A DNA stretch of 64,000 bases, from contig OZ252299.1 of assembly GCA_965250285.1 (NCBI GenBank), positions 1,984,001 to 2,048,000 on the forward strand. The letters run 5' to 3'. Position numbers and translations under genes: made by a program. Source of the stretch: Myxococcota bacterium. Lineage in GTDB: Bacteria > Myxococcota_A > UBA9160 > UBA4427. Below, one piece after another: positions 48,391-58,048 of the stretch; positions within the stretch are counted from its first letter, which is position 1, and each line of letters begins with the position of its first letter. The notes below the pieces were generated by a model that saw nothing but the letters and a program-made list of their open reading frames with translations, was not told the origin of the DNA and made no database searches.

Positions 48391-49352
48391 TGGCCGACAG
48401 CGCCGCAGACGAGCTCCAGAAGGTCTTCAAGACGCTGTCGGATCCGACGCGCCTGCGCATCCTCTCGCTGCTCGAGCGCGAGACGCTCGTCGTGCAGGAG
48501 CTGATGGAGGTGCTCGGCATGGCGCAGTCGCGGGTGTCGCGTCACCTGGCCATCCTGCGCGAGGCCGGCCTGCTCGACGATCGGCGCGACGGCACGTTCG
48601 TCTCCTACCGGTTCGAGCCGCCCGAGACCGGCCCCTGGGCCGAATCCTGGCGACTCGTCCGGGAGAGCCTCGCGCAGGATCCGACCGCCGAGCGCGACCG
48701 GGCGGTGCTCGACCGCGTGCTCGACGCCCGCGGCGACAAGACGCCCAACTTCTTCGACACCGTCGGTCCCGAGTGGGACGCGATCCGCCAGGTCTTCGAC
48801 GACGACGTCCTGCGCGCGCGCGCCATGGCGCGCCTCGTCGAGCCCGGCCTGAGTGTGGTCGACGTCGGCACGGGGACCGGCGTGCTCGCGTGCGAGCTGG
48901 CCCAGCTCGGTCTCGACGTGCTCGGCATCGATTCGTCGCAGAGCATGCTCGACGCCGCCCGTTCGAAGCTCGAGGGGCTCTCGCTGCCGGCGACCGGACG
49001 GCTTCGCTTCGAGCAGGCCGATGCGTGCGCGCTGCCCGCCGAAAACGGCGCGCTCGACGCGGCGTTCGCCCACATGGTGCTGCACTACATGCCGGCGCCC
49101 GACGAAGTCGTCGCCGAGATGGCGCGTGTCGTGAAGCCCGGGGGTCGCGTCGTGATCGTCGACTTCTGCGCCCACGGCATCGAGTGGATGAAACGAGACC
49201 TCGACGTGCGCTGGATGGGCTTCGCCGAGGACGAGGTGCGCGACTGGTTCGAGCAGGCGGGCCTCGGCCCGCCGACCGTGCAACCCACCGCAGCGCGCAG
49301 CCGCGACCGGGATCTGCCCGCCACGTTCATTGCCTCGGCCCGGCGCCCCTGA
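48390..49352 (+). CDS. ArsR HTH plus class I methyltransferase-fold regulator (SahR/SamR-like architecture)
   Basis: KTLSDPTRLRIL...QSRVSRHLAILREAG; FFD...WD; VDVGTGTG; MVLH; KPGG. Confidence 0.88.
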   Translation: MADSAADELQKVFKTLSDPTRLRILSLLERETLVVQELMEVLGMAQSRVSRHLAILREAGLLDDRRDGTFVSYRFEPPETGPWAESWRLVRESLAQDPTAERDRAVLDRVLDARGDKTPNFFDTVGPEWDAIRQVFDDDVLRARAMARLVEPGLSVVDVGTGTGVLACELAQLGLDVLGIDSSQSMLDAARSKLEGLSLPATGRLRFEQADACALPAENGALDAAFAHMVLHYMPAPDEVVAEMARVVKPGGRVVIVDFCAHGIEWMKRDLDVRWMGFAEDEVRDWFEQAGLGPPTVQPTAARSRDRDLPATFIASARRP

Positions 49353-49363
49353 CCCGACCGACC

Positions 49364-50077
49364 GTGACGCCGACCTCACCGATCCAGGCCGTCTTGCTCG
49401 ACGCAACGGGCACGCTGATCGAGCTCGCGCGGCCCGTCGGTGAGGTCTACGCCGAGGCTGCAGCGCGACGTGGCGTCGATTTGCCCGCCTGGCGCGTGCA
49501 GGATGCCTTCGAGCGGGTCATCGGGCGCAGCGCGCCGCGCGTCTTCCCCGAACTTTCGGCGAGTGGAGACCTCGACGCCGTGGCCGATGCCGAGAAGGCC
49601 TGGTGGGACGATCTGGTGCGCCAGACCTTTCAGGCGACCGACAGCACGGTCCGCTTCGCCGACGCCCAGAATCTGTACGACGAGCTCTTCGCCCACTTCG
49701 CCGAGGCCGCGGCTTGGCGGCTGCGCACCGGTGCGACCACGCTACTCGACGCCTGCGACGCGGCCGGGATCGGCGTCGGCGTCGTCTCGAACTTCGATCT
49801 GCGCCTCGGCCCGATCCTCGACGCGCTGGGCGTCGGAGCGCGGCTCGGCTGCGTCGTGTTGCCGGCCCACTGCGGCGCGCGCAAGCCCGACGCGTCGATC
49901 TTTCGCGCGGCGTTGGCGGCGCTCGGCCTGCCGGCCGAAGCCGTCGCCTTCGTCGGAGACGACCCCGAGAAGGATCTCGCGGGTGCGCGGGGCGTCGGGA
50001 TGCGACCGATCGACGTCCGCACGCTCGACTCGTTGGCCGACCTGCCGCGACGACTCGATGAGCCGATGAACCGCTGA
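49364..50077 (+). CDS. HAD-IA hydrolase (REG-2/HDHD3-like)
   Basis: LDATGTL, SNFD, KPD, VGDD...D. Confidence 0.88.
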   Translation: MTPTSPIQAVLLDATGTLIELARPVGEVYAEAAARRGVDLPAWRVQDAFERVIGRSAPRVFPELSASGDLDAVADAEKAWWDDLVRQTFQATDSTVRFADAQNLYDELFAHFAEAAAWRLRTGATTLLDACDAAGIGVGVVSNFDLRLGPILDALGVGARLGCVVLPAHCGARKPDASIFRAALAALGLPAEAVAFVGDDPEKDLAGARGVGMRPIDVRTLDSLADLPRRLDEPMNR

Positions 50078-50208
50078 GCCGATTGCGCGGGCACGACGCA
50101 GCCGCGTGGACGCCCACCCTCCGCCCGATGGCCGCGAACCCGCGCCGACCTCGCTACCCTTGCGTGCCGACGCGGCGCCCCGCCGCAGACACGCAGGAGC
50201 GCACGCGC

Positions 50209-51678
50209 ATGTCGCGCCAACGAAACGACGGCCCGGACGACACGTCGGGCGACGCGGTCGGCTTCTTCGCCGACCGGTTCGGACTCGACGCCACACAGCT
50301 CTCGAACGCCCTCGACACGACGCTCGAACGCCGGGTCGACGCCGCCGATCTCTACTTCGAGTACACGCTGCAAGACGCGGTCAGCCTCGAAGAGGGGCTC
50401 GTCAAGAGCGGCAGCCGCCACCTCGATCAAGGCGTCGGGGTGCGCGCCGTCAAGGGCGAACGCCAGGGCTACGCGCACAGCGACGAGATCAGCATCGAGA
50501 GCGTGGCCCTCGCCGCCGGCACGGCGCGGGCGATCTCGGACGAGTCGAGTGAGGCCAGCTCGGTCGCGGTGCGCGCGCCCGGCGCAGGCCGCGACCTGTA
50601 TCCGGTCGAGCGACCCGGTACCGAGCGTCCGGTCGAAGACAAGGTCGCGCTGCTCGGCGAGATGGATGCGTACGCGCGCAGCCTCGACCCGAAGGTCAAG
50701 CAGGTGATGGCCAGCGTCGTCGCGCAGCATCGGCAGATCATGATCGCGCGCAGCGACGGCGACCTCGTCGGCGACACCCAACCCCTCGTTCGACTCAACT
50801 GCCAGGTCGTCGCCGAAGACGGCGACCGCATCGAGGTCGGCTACCAGGGCATGGGCGGGCGCTACGAGATCGAGCGCCTGATGGATCCCGACGTGTGGAA
50901 GCCGATCGTCGACGAGGCGGTACGGCTCGCGCGCGTGAACCTCGAAGCCGTGCCCTGCCCGGCCGGCACGATGGATGTGGTGCTCGGCCCGGGCTGGCCC
51001 GGCGTGCTGCTGCACGAAGCGATCGGCCATGGCCTCGAGGGCGACTTCAACCGCAAGAAGACGTCGGCCTTCGCCGACCGACTCGGGGAGCGCGTCGCGT
51101 CGCCGGGGGTGACCGTGGTCGACGACGGCACCCTGCCCGGTCGACGGGGCTCGATCAACGTCGACGACGAGGGCATGCCCTCGCAGCGCACCGTGCTGAT
51201 CGAAGACGGCGTGCTCGTCGGCTACATGCAGGACCGACTCAATGCCGAGCTGATGGGCATGGAGCCGACCGGCAACGGCCGGCGCCAGAGCTACGCGCAC
51301 CTGCCCATGCCGCGCATGACCAACACGTTCATGCTCGCGGGCGAAGACGACCCCGACGAGATCCTGCGCTCGGTCGATCAAGGTCTGTACGCGGTCGGCT
51401 TCGGCGGGGGACAGGTCGACATCACGAGCGGCAAGTTCGTGTTCAGCGCAACCGAGGCCTACCGCATCGAGAACGGCCGCATCGGCGCGCCGGTCAAGGG
51501 CGCGACCCTGATCGGCAATGGCCCCGACGTCCTCACGCGCGTCTCGCGCATCGGCCACGACCTCGAGCTCGACCTGGGCATCGGCGTCTGCGGCAAGGAC
51601 GGTCAGTCGGTGCCGGTCGGCGTCGGGTTGCCGACGATCCGAGTCGATGGGCTGACGGTGGGAGGCAGCGAAGGATGA
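50209..51678 (+). CDS. tldD: Metalloprotease TldD
   Basis: LLHEAIGHGLEGD, PRMTNT, GGQVD, CGKDGQ; ATG 50209. Confidence 0.96.
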   Translation: MSRQRNDGPDDTSGDAVGFFADRFGLDATQLSNALDTTLERRVDAADLYFEYTLQDAVSLEEGLVKSGSRHLDQGVGVRAVKGERQGYAHSDEISIESVALAAGTARAISDESSEASSVAVRAPGAGRDLYPVERPGTERPVEDKVALLGEMDAYARSLDPKVKQVMASVVAQHRQIMIARSDGDLVGDTQPLVRLNCQVVAEDGDRIEVGYQGMGGRYEIERLMDPDVWKPIVDEAVRLARVNLEAVPCPAGTMDVVLGPGWPGVLLHEAIGHGLEGDFNRKKTSAFADRLGERVASPGVTVVDDGTLPGRRGSINVDDEGMPSQRTVLIEDGVLVGYMQDRLNAELMGMEPTGNGRRQSYAHLPMPRMTNTFMLAGEDDPDEILRSVDQGLYAVGFGGGQVDITSGKFVFSATEAYRIENGRIGAPVKGATLIGNGPDVLTRVSRIGHDLELDLGIGVCGKDGQSVPVGVGLPTIRVDGLTVGGSEG

Positions 51679-53081
51679 GCTCCGAGACCCCGCGCCCCGC
51701 CCCGCCGAGCGCACCGGCCGTCGCCGACTTCGAGGGCCTCGACATCGTCGCCAAGGCGCTCGACGCGGCCCGCGCCGCGGGCGCCCGAGAGGCCGATGCC
51801 GTGTTCCTCGACGGCCGTTCGCAAGAGGCCCGCGTGCGCGGCGACGAGATCGACTTCGTCAAGCAGGCCCATGAGAAGGTGCTCGGCATCCGCGCGCTGG
51901 TCGAAGGCCCGGGCGGCCTGCGCTCGGCCACGACCTCGACGTCCGACGTGATGGGCGACGCCGTCGAGCGCATGGCCGAAGACACCGTGGCCCTCGCGCG
52001 CGCGACCGCCCCCGATCCGCACGCGGGCCTGCCCGAAGAGGCGTACGAGACCGACCCCCCCGAGCTCGACCTCTTCGACCCGGGCGACCGTCACGTCACG
52101 ATCGAGGCCCGCATCGAGGACGCGAAGCGCGCCGAGGCCGCCGCGCGCGCCGTCGACGCCCGCATCACCAACAGTGAAGGCAGCGAAGTGTCCTCGGGCA
52201 CGACCCGCATCGCCTACGCGAACACGAAGGGCTTCGCCGGCGCGTACGAAACCGGCTCGCACGCGCTCTTCAGCGAGCCGCTCGCCGTCGAAGGCGAGAC
52301 CATGCAGCGCGACTACTGGATGACCGTCGCCCGCAAGCTCGATGGGCTCGAGGACGCCGCCGAGGTGGGCCAGACCGCCGCGAAGCGAGCACTGCGTCGG
52401 CTCGGCGCGAAGCGCGTGCCGACATGCGAGGCCGCCGTGATCTTCGACCGTCAGACGGCCCCCTCGCTGCTCGGGCACCTGGCCGGCGCAGTCAGCGGCT
52501 ATGCGATCTACCGCCAGTCGAGCTTTCTGAAGGACCGCATGGGCGAGCGCATCGCGTGCCCCGGCTTCACGGTCGTCGACGACGGCCGCCGCGCGGGCGG
52601 TCTCGGCAGCAAGCCCTTCGATGGCGAGGGGCTGCCGACGCGCCGCAACGTCGTCGTCGACGACGGCGTGCTTTCGACCTGGCTGCTCGACAGCTACTCG
52701 GCGCGCAAGCTCGACCTGGCGTCGACCGGCAATGCGTCTCGGGGCGCGGGCAGCGGCCCGGGCGTGGGGACGACGAACTTCTGGCTCGAGCCCGGCGACC
52801 GGCCGCTCGACGACATCATCGCGTCGACCGAGCGCGGCCTGCTCGTGACGGAGCTCATCGGGATGGGCGTCAACCCGACGACCGGCGACTACTCACGCGG
52901 TGCGGCCGGGCTCTGGATCGAAAATGGCGAGATCGTGCACCCGGTCGAAGAGATCACCATCGCCGGCAATCTGCTCGACATGTGGCAAGGCATCGATGCG
53001 ATCGCGTCCGAGCTCATCTGGCGCAGCCGAACGGCTTGCCCGGGCCTTCGCATCGCCCAGATGACGATCGCCGGCGACTGA
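51675..53081 (+). CDS. pmbA: PmbA/TldE
   Basis: PFDGEG, STGNA, GDYSRG, TIAGNL; no HExxxH; ATGA overlap with tldD. Confidence 0.93.
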   Translation: MSSETPRPAPPSAPAVADFEGLDIVAKALDAARAAGAREADAVFLDGRSQEARVRGDEIDFVKQAHEKVLGIRALVEGPGGLRSATTSTSDVMGDAVERMAEDTVALARATAPDPHAGLPEEAYETDPPELDLFDPGDRHVTIEARIEDAKRAEAAARAVDARITNSEGSEVSSGTTRIAYANTKGFAGAYETGSHALFSEPLAVEGETMQRDYWMTVARKLDGLEDAAEVGQTAAKRALRRLGAKRVPTCEAAVIFDRQTAPSLLGHLAGAVSGYAIYRQSSFLKDRMGERIACPGFTVVDDGRRAGGLGSKPFDGEGLPTRRNVVVDDGVLSTWLLDSYSARKLDLASTGNASRGAGSGPGVGTTNFWLEPGDRPLDDIIASTERGLLVTELIGMGVNPTTGDYSRGAAGLWIENGEIVHPVEEITIAGNLLDMWQGIDAIASELIWRSRTACPGLRIAQMTIAGD

Positions 53082-53112
53082 ACGCACCCGGCGCCCAGGC
53101 GAGGATCCGATC

Positions 53113-54003
53113 ATGAGCGACACCCAGAGCCCGCCCGTCCTGCTCGGCACCGACCTGCCGAGCGTCGACGTCTGGTCCGACCGCGTGACGGTGGCCCTCG
53201 GTCAGAACCCGAGCGCATTCACTGGGCCCGGCACGAACACCTACCTCGTCGGCCGCGGCGAGAAGCGGATCCTGATCGACACCGGCCAGGGCGTCGACGC
53301 GTATCTGCCCGTGCTCGACGAAGCGATGGAGCGCGCCGAATGCCGCGGCATCGAGCAGATCGTGCTGACCCACGGCCACCCCGATCACCTCGGCGGCCTG
53401 GCCCAGGTGCTCGATCACGTGGGCGAGGTGCCCGTGAAGAAGTGGCCGTGGCCCGAGGTCGACGTCGAGAGCCCGGTCACGATGGAGCCGCTGGGCGACG
53501 CGTGCCGGATCGAGACCGAGGGCGCCACGCTCACCGGGCTCCACACGCCGGGCCACTCCCCCGATCATCTGTGCTTCGTACTCGAGGAGGAGCGCAGCCT
53601 GTTCAGCGGCGACAACGTGCTGGGCGTCGGTACGACGGTGATCCCGGGCGGCAGCGGCGACCTCGGCCAGTACATGGCCTCACTCGATCGACTGCTCGGG
53701 GTCGAACCGACGCGGATCTATCCGGCCCACGGGCCCTGCATCGAAGACGGCACCGGCAAGGTGCGTCAGTACATCGCGCACCGCCTCGAGCGCGAGCGCG
53801 AGATCGTCGCAGCGATCGAGGGGGGCGCACATCGCGTGAGCGCGATGGTCGAGATCATCTACGCGGCCTACCCAAAAGAGCTGCACGCGCCGGCGGGCGC
53901 GTCGGTGAGCTCGCACCTGCTCAAGCTCGAGACCGAAGGCCGCGTGCGGCGCACGGGCGAAGCAGACGCGCCGCCGACGGCCGTCGACTGGACCCTCGTG
54001 TGA
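53113..54003 (+). CDS. Metallo-beta-lactamase-fold hydrolase (LACTB2-like)
   Basis: NPSAFTGPGTNTY, THGHPDH, HTPGH, GD, PAHG. Confidence 0.9.
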   Translation: MSDTQSPPVLLGTDLPSVDVWSDRVTVALGQNPSAFTGPGTNTYLVGRGEKRILIDTGQGVDAYLPVLDEAMERAECRGIEQIVLTHGHPDHLGGLAQVLDHVGEVPVKKWPWPEVDVESPVTMEPLGDACRIETEGATLTGLHTPGHSPDHLCFVLEEERSLFSGDNVLGVGTTVIPGGSGDLGQYMASLDRLLGVEPTRIYPAHGPCIEDGTGKVRQYIAHRLEREREIVAAIEGGAHRVSAMVEIIYAAYPKELHAPAGASVSSHLLKLETEGRVRRTGEADAPPTAVDWTLV

Positions 54004-54027
54004 ACGCCGCGCCGTGACGGCGCATGC

Positions 54028-54468
54028 CTACCAGACCAGAGCGTCGACCGAGAACGAACCCGGGCCGATCAGAAAGAACACGGCGCAGATCGCCGCCAGG
54101 TTGATCGTGTACTCGGCGCCCTCGGGCTCGTTCGTGATCAGGTAGCCTGCGCCTTTGTGACCGAGCTTGGCGGCCACGATCATCGTACCCGCGAGCAGGA
54201 TGCACGCCGGCCGCGTCATGAAGCCGATCGCCAGCGCGAGGCCACCGAGCAGCTCGGTCAGCATCGCCATGTACGCCTGAATCGGCGCGAACGGAATACC
54301 GAGATCCTCGAGCCAGGCGATGTAGCCCTCCATGTTGCCGGTGCCGACGAGCCCCAGCTTGCCGAAGGCGTGCACCATGAAGCAGACGCCGATGAACACC
54401 CGGCCGAGCAGCATGGCGAGGTCGATCATCGACTCGGAGGTGCCGGTCATCAGCGTGGTCAGATCCAT
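54028..54468 (-). CDS. DoxX-family membrane protein
   Basis: R..H..K, ELLGG, GFMTR, GPGSFSVD. Confidence 0.88.
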   Translation of the reverse strand: MDLTTLMTGTSESMIDLAMLLGRVFIGVCFMVHAFGKLGLVGTGNMEGYIAWLEDLGIPFAPIQAYMAMLTELLGGLALAIGFMTRPACILLAGTMIVAAKLGHKGAGYLITNEPEGAEYTINLAAICAVFFLIGPGSFSVDALVW

Positions 54469-54561
54469 GGGGGTCTCCTGCGTGGGGTGGGGGCGTCCAC
54501 ACGTGCGTCGACGCCGTCGAGCCCGCTGTGTACCAAAGCCGCTCGCTCGTCGCCCGTGGGC

Positions 54562-55548
54562 CTATTTCGCCTGTCCCGATTTCTTCTGGGTGTTCGGCGG
54601 CGGTTCTTCGTCCTCGGCCGAGTCGACCGCGATGCGCACCATGGTCCGAATCAGGGTGCTGCGCTGCGCGCCCCCGAGCAGGGTCTGGAGATCTTCGTAG
54701 AGCGAGGGGTCGTTCACGAGTAGACCGATCGTCCCCTCCCCCTGGTCGATCTTGCCGAGGATGCTGTTGAGGCGCGATCCCGCCATCAGCACCTGATTGA
54801 CGACGTCCTGATCACGCGGGCGCTCGTAGATCAGCGTGTGCAAGATGCCCTGCCCCTCGGCGATCTCGCGCATCACACTCTCCATCGCGACGAAGGTGCG
54901 CTCGAGGCTCTTCACGCCCTCGACGCCGAAATCCTCGTAGATCAGCTGGTGGATGAGCCCGTCGCCGTCGCGAATCTCGATCATCGACTCGCTCACGGCC
55001 TCGACGGCCTGCGCCACCTTCGCTCCGCCCTCGGCGTCAGCGAACTGTTCGACGGTCTCGTTCAGGTTCTCGGAGAGCTCGCGAAAGCTGTCGACGGCCG
55101 CGGTCACCTTCGCCATCGCCTGGTTCATGTTGACCGGCGTGAGCGTCGCGATCACCGCCCCGTCGCGCAGCACTGCGCCGGCTTCGCTGCCCACCGTGAG
55201 CTCGACGTAGCTGTCGCCCAACACACCGATCGTCCCGATGCTCGCGACCGAGTCGTCGCGAATGAAGTCCTGCACCGCCGTATCGATCGCGAGCGTCGCC
55301 AGCACGGGCGAACGATCGTCGCCCGGCGTGAAGCGGATCTCCTCGACCCGGCCCACGTTCTTGCCCGCCAGCCATACCGGCGCGCCCGCCTGCAGGCCCT
55401 GGACGTTCTCGAAGGGCGCCTGCAGCCGGTACTCCGACGCGAAGAGGCCACGGTCGGTCGTCAGCGACAGGATGCTGATCGCCAGCGCAACGAGAGCGAC
55501 GAGCACGAACGTGCCCACGCTCAGCGCCTGCTTGCCTTCACGCTCCAT
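54562..55548 (-). CDS. MlaD/MCE-domain protein with helical extension
   Basis: N-terminal TM, GLQAGAPVWLAG..VGRV, GVLGDSYVEL, GEGTIGLLVND. Confidence 0.9.
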   Translation of the reverse strand: MEREGKQALSVGTFVLVALVALAISILSLTTDRGLFASEYRLQAPFENVQGLQAGAPVWLAGKNVGRVEEIRFTPGDDRSPVLATLAIDTAVQDFIRDDSVASIGTIGVLGDSYVELTVGSEAGAVLRDGAVIATLTPVNMNQAMAKVTAAVDSFRELSENLNETVEQFADAEGGAKVAQAVEAVSESMIEIRDGDGLIHQLIYEDFGVEGVKSLERTFVAMESVMREIAEGQGILHTLIYERPRDQDVVNQVLMAGSRLNSILGKIDQGEGTIGLLVNDPSLYEDLQTLLGGAQRSTLIRTMVRIAVDSAEDEEPPPNTQKKSGQAK

Positions 55549-56401
55549 CGTCCTCCTCCCCGGCGCCCGTCGCCGCCTCTTGTGCGTCGTCTTCGTCGCG
55601 CGTCATCCAGACCGAGTCGGCCTCCAGGCTACCGCCTCCGGCGAGGAAAGAGCGCACGACCGGATCGGGCGAGTGCCGGATCGCCTCGGCATCATCGCAG
55701 GCGACGAGCCGCCCCTCCTTCAGCAGTGCGACCCGATCCGAGATCGCGAAGCAGAGCTCGAGCTCGTGGGTCACGACGACCGACGTGACACCGAGCCGAT
55801 CGCGCAGCGACACGATCAGCTCGCCGATGCGCCGCGAGTTCGCCGGGTCGAGACCGGTCGTGGGCTCGTCGTAGAGGATCGCGCTCGGCTGCAGGGCGAT
55901 CGCGCGCGCGACCGCGACGCGTTTGCGCATCCCGCCCGAGAGCTCGGCCGGCATCATCGCCTCGATCCCGGCCAGGCCCACTGATTCGAGGGCCCAAGCC
56001 ACCCGCTCGTCGATCTCGCGCTCGCTCATGTCGAGGTGCTCGCGCAGCGGGTAGGCGACGTTCTCGAGCACCGAGAGCGAATCGAACAGGGCTCCGCCCT
56101 GGAACACGTAGCCATAGCGCCGGCGCAGCTCGACCCAGTCGCGCTCGGAGAGCCGCGTCACGTCCCGGCCCTCGACCCAGACCTCGCCCCGGTCGGCGCG
56201 CAGCAGCCCGATCATGTGCTTGAGCAGCACGCTCTTGCCCGTCCCCGACCCCCCGAGCAGCGTGATGATCTCGCCGGGCGCGATCGTGAGGTCGATGCCG
56301 CGCAGCACGTGATTGCGACCGAACGACTTCTCGACGCCGCGCAGGTCGAGAAAGGGCACCGTCGCCTCGCTCACCCGGGTCTGCTCCAATCCACTGGTCA
56401 C
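55538..56401 (-). CDS. MlaF-like ABC transporter ATPase
   Basis: GGSGTGKS, FQGGALFDS, LSGGMRKR, YDEPTTGLDP, VTH. Confidence 0.93.
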   Translation of the reverse strand: MTSGLEQTRVSEATVPFLDLRGVEKSFGRNHVLRGIDLTIAPGEIITLLGGSGTGKSVLLKHMIGLLRADRGEVWVEGRDVTRLSERDWVELRRRYGYVFQGGALFDSLSVLENVAYPLREHLDMSEREIDERVAWALESVGLAGIEAMMPAELSGGMRKRVAVARAIALQPSAILYDEPTTGLDPANSRRIGELIVSLRDRLGVTSVVVTHELELCFAISDRVALLKEGRLVACDDAEAIRHSPDPVVRSFLAGGGSLEADSVWMTRDEDDAQEAATGAGEEDDGA

Positions 56402-56427
56402 GCCTGACCGCCCCTCGAGATCGACAC

Positions 56428-57228
56428 TCAGAACATCAGGATGATCTTGGTGAGGAAGAAATCCGACACCAGCACGGAGATCGACGCCACGACCACGGCG
56501 CGCGTCGTCGAGACCCCGACCCCGACCGTGCCGCCCCGCGTCCGCAGGCCCATGTGGCAGGCCACCATCGCGATCAGAAAACCGAAGACGAAGGTCTTCG
56601 CGAGCCCGTTCATCACGTTGGCCAGGCTGACCACCTTGATGATGCTCTGGTAGTAGAAGTTGGCGCCGATGCCGGCCTGCACGCTGATGAGCAGCCCTCC
56701 GAACATGCCGAGGATGTTCGCGATCGCCGTCAGCATCGGGAGCCCCAGCGTCGCGGCGAGCACGCGGGGCACAACGAGCTTCTGAACCGGGTCGGCCCCC
56801 ATCGCGCGGATCGCATCGACCTGCTCGGTGACCGCCATCGAGCCGAGCTCGGCGGTGATGCCTGCGCCGACGCGCCCCGACACCATGAGCGCGGTCAGCA
56901 CCGGCCCGAGCTCGAGCACGAAAGAGAGCCCCACGAAGCTACCGGTGTACGGCTTGGCCCCGAAGCGCGCGAGTGAATCGACGGTCTGCAGCGCGAGCAC
57001 CATGCCCGTGAAGAGCGCCGTAATGGCGACGATCGTGCTCGAGCGCACCACCACCGAGCTGAACTGGCGCAGCACGTCGAGCCACGGAAAGTGCCGGCGA
57101 CCGAACGCGCGAAACGTGTCGGCGACGAGGATCGAGAACTCACCGAGCTCGCGCACGACGCCAAGCAGCCGCTCGCCCAGATCGGCGACTGCCCCCCCGA
57201 CGTGCGGACTCGCCGGCGTGGCGCTCAA
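56428..57228 (-). CDS. MlaE-family ABC permease
   Basis: ELGPVLTAL, GRVGA..AELG, TEQVDA, PR, GVG.STT.AVV. Confidence 0.93.
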   Translation of the reverse strand: MSATPASPHVGGAVADLGERLLGVVRELGEFSILVADTFRAFGRRHFPWLDVLRQFSSVVVRSSTIVAITALFTGMVLALQTVDSLARFGAKPYTGSFVGLSFVLELGPVLTALMVSGRVGAGITAELGSMAVTEQVDAIRAMGADPVQKLVVPRVLAATLGLPMLTAIANILGMFGGLLISVQAGIGANFYYQSIIKVVSLANVMNGLAKTFVFGFLIAMVACHMGLRTRGGTVGVGVSTTRAVVVASISVLVSDFFLTKIILMF

Positions 57229-57872
57229 TCCGTGTCCCCTTCGTCCTGCACCGGGCTCGTCACCAGCTCGTCGACCGTATCGCCAGCGCCGTCCGCGTCA
57301 TGCGAGGCCGGCGGCTCGTCGGCCCCGCGCGCCCGCTCGAAGCTCGACCACCAGCGGTCGAAGGTGTCGACGCTCGCCTCGAACCTCGGCCCCGCGTGCC
57401 CGACGAGCACCCAGTCGTACACGCAGCCGCCGCCGACGACGGTGACCGTCTGGATGCGAATCGAATGGTCTTCACCGCCGGTGTCGACGACCTGCGCCCA
57501 GCCCGGGTCGCCTCGCAGCGCGACGGGATGCGCCGAGACGATGTCGTCGCGCGGCACCCCGATCAGCAGCTGACGTGCGAGCAGCGCAGGCTTGGCGCGG
57601 GTGCGCCGGCAGCTCGAAGCCAGGCTCATCGAGCGCCCGTCGTCGGTGCGCCAGGCGAGGTCGGTGTCATCGACCTTGACCTTTCGCCACTCGTCCGGCT
57701 CGGCGAAGCGCGGCGCATCGATCGCGTAGCCGAGATCCTTGCTGCGGTAGCGACCATCGCTGCCGAGCTTCAGCCCCGAGCTCGCACAGGCGGCGAGCCC
57801 GAGCGCGGCGAGGAGGACCGCGCCCCCGCCGACCACGACGCCCCGGACCCTGTCGACACGGAACGGCTTCAT
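57225..57872 (-). CDS. Hypothetical lipoprotein, first gene of the mla-like operon
   Basis: LAAC lipobox; overlaps the mlaE-like start; start uncertain (ATG 57872). Confidence 0.65.
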   Translation of the reverse strand: MKPFRVDRVRGVVVGGGAVLLAALGLAACASSGLKLGSDGRYRSKDLGYAIDAPRFAEPDEWRKVKVDDTDLAWRTDDGRSMSLASSCRRTRAKPALLARQLLIGVPRDDIVSAHPVALRGDPGWAQVVDTGGEDHSIRIQTVTVVGGGCVYDWVLVGHAGPRFEASVDTFDRWWSSFERARGADEPPASHDADGAGDTVDELVTSPVQDEGDTD

Positions 57873-58048
57873 CCGGGTCACTCTACCCCATCGCCGGGCC
57901 CGGCCCGGAGGGTGCGCAGAGCGCGATGACGCATCCGGGATGGGGCACGGGTGACTCATTGAATCCGGCCGGCGGCTGAGAGACCGTTCTCACTCACCAC
58001 GAGCACCGACGCGGCCCACGCGTCGACCCGAGCGGAGGCTGGAGCAAC

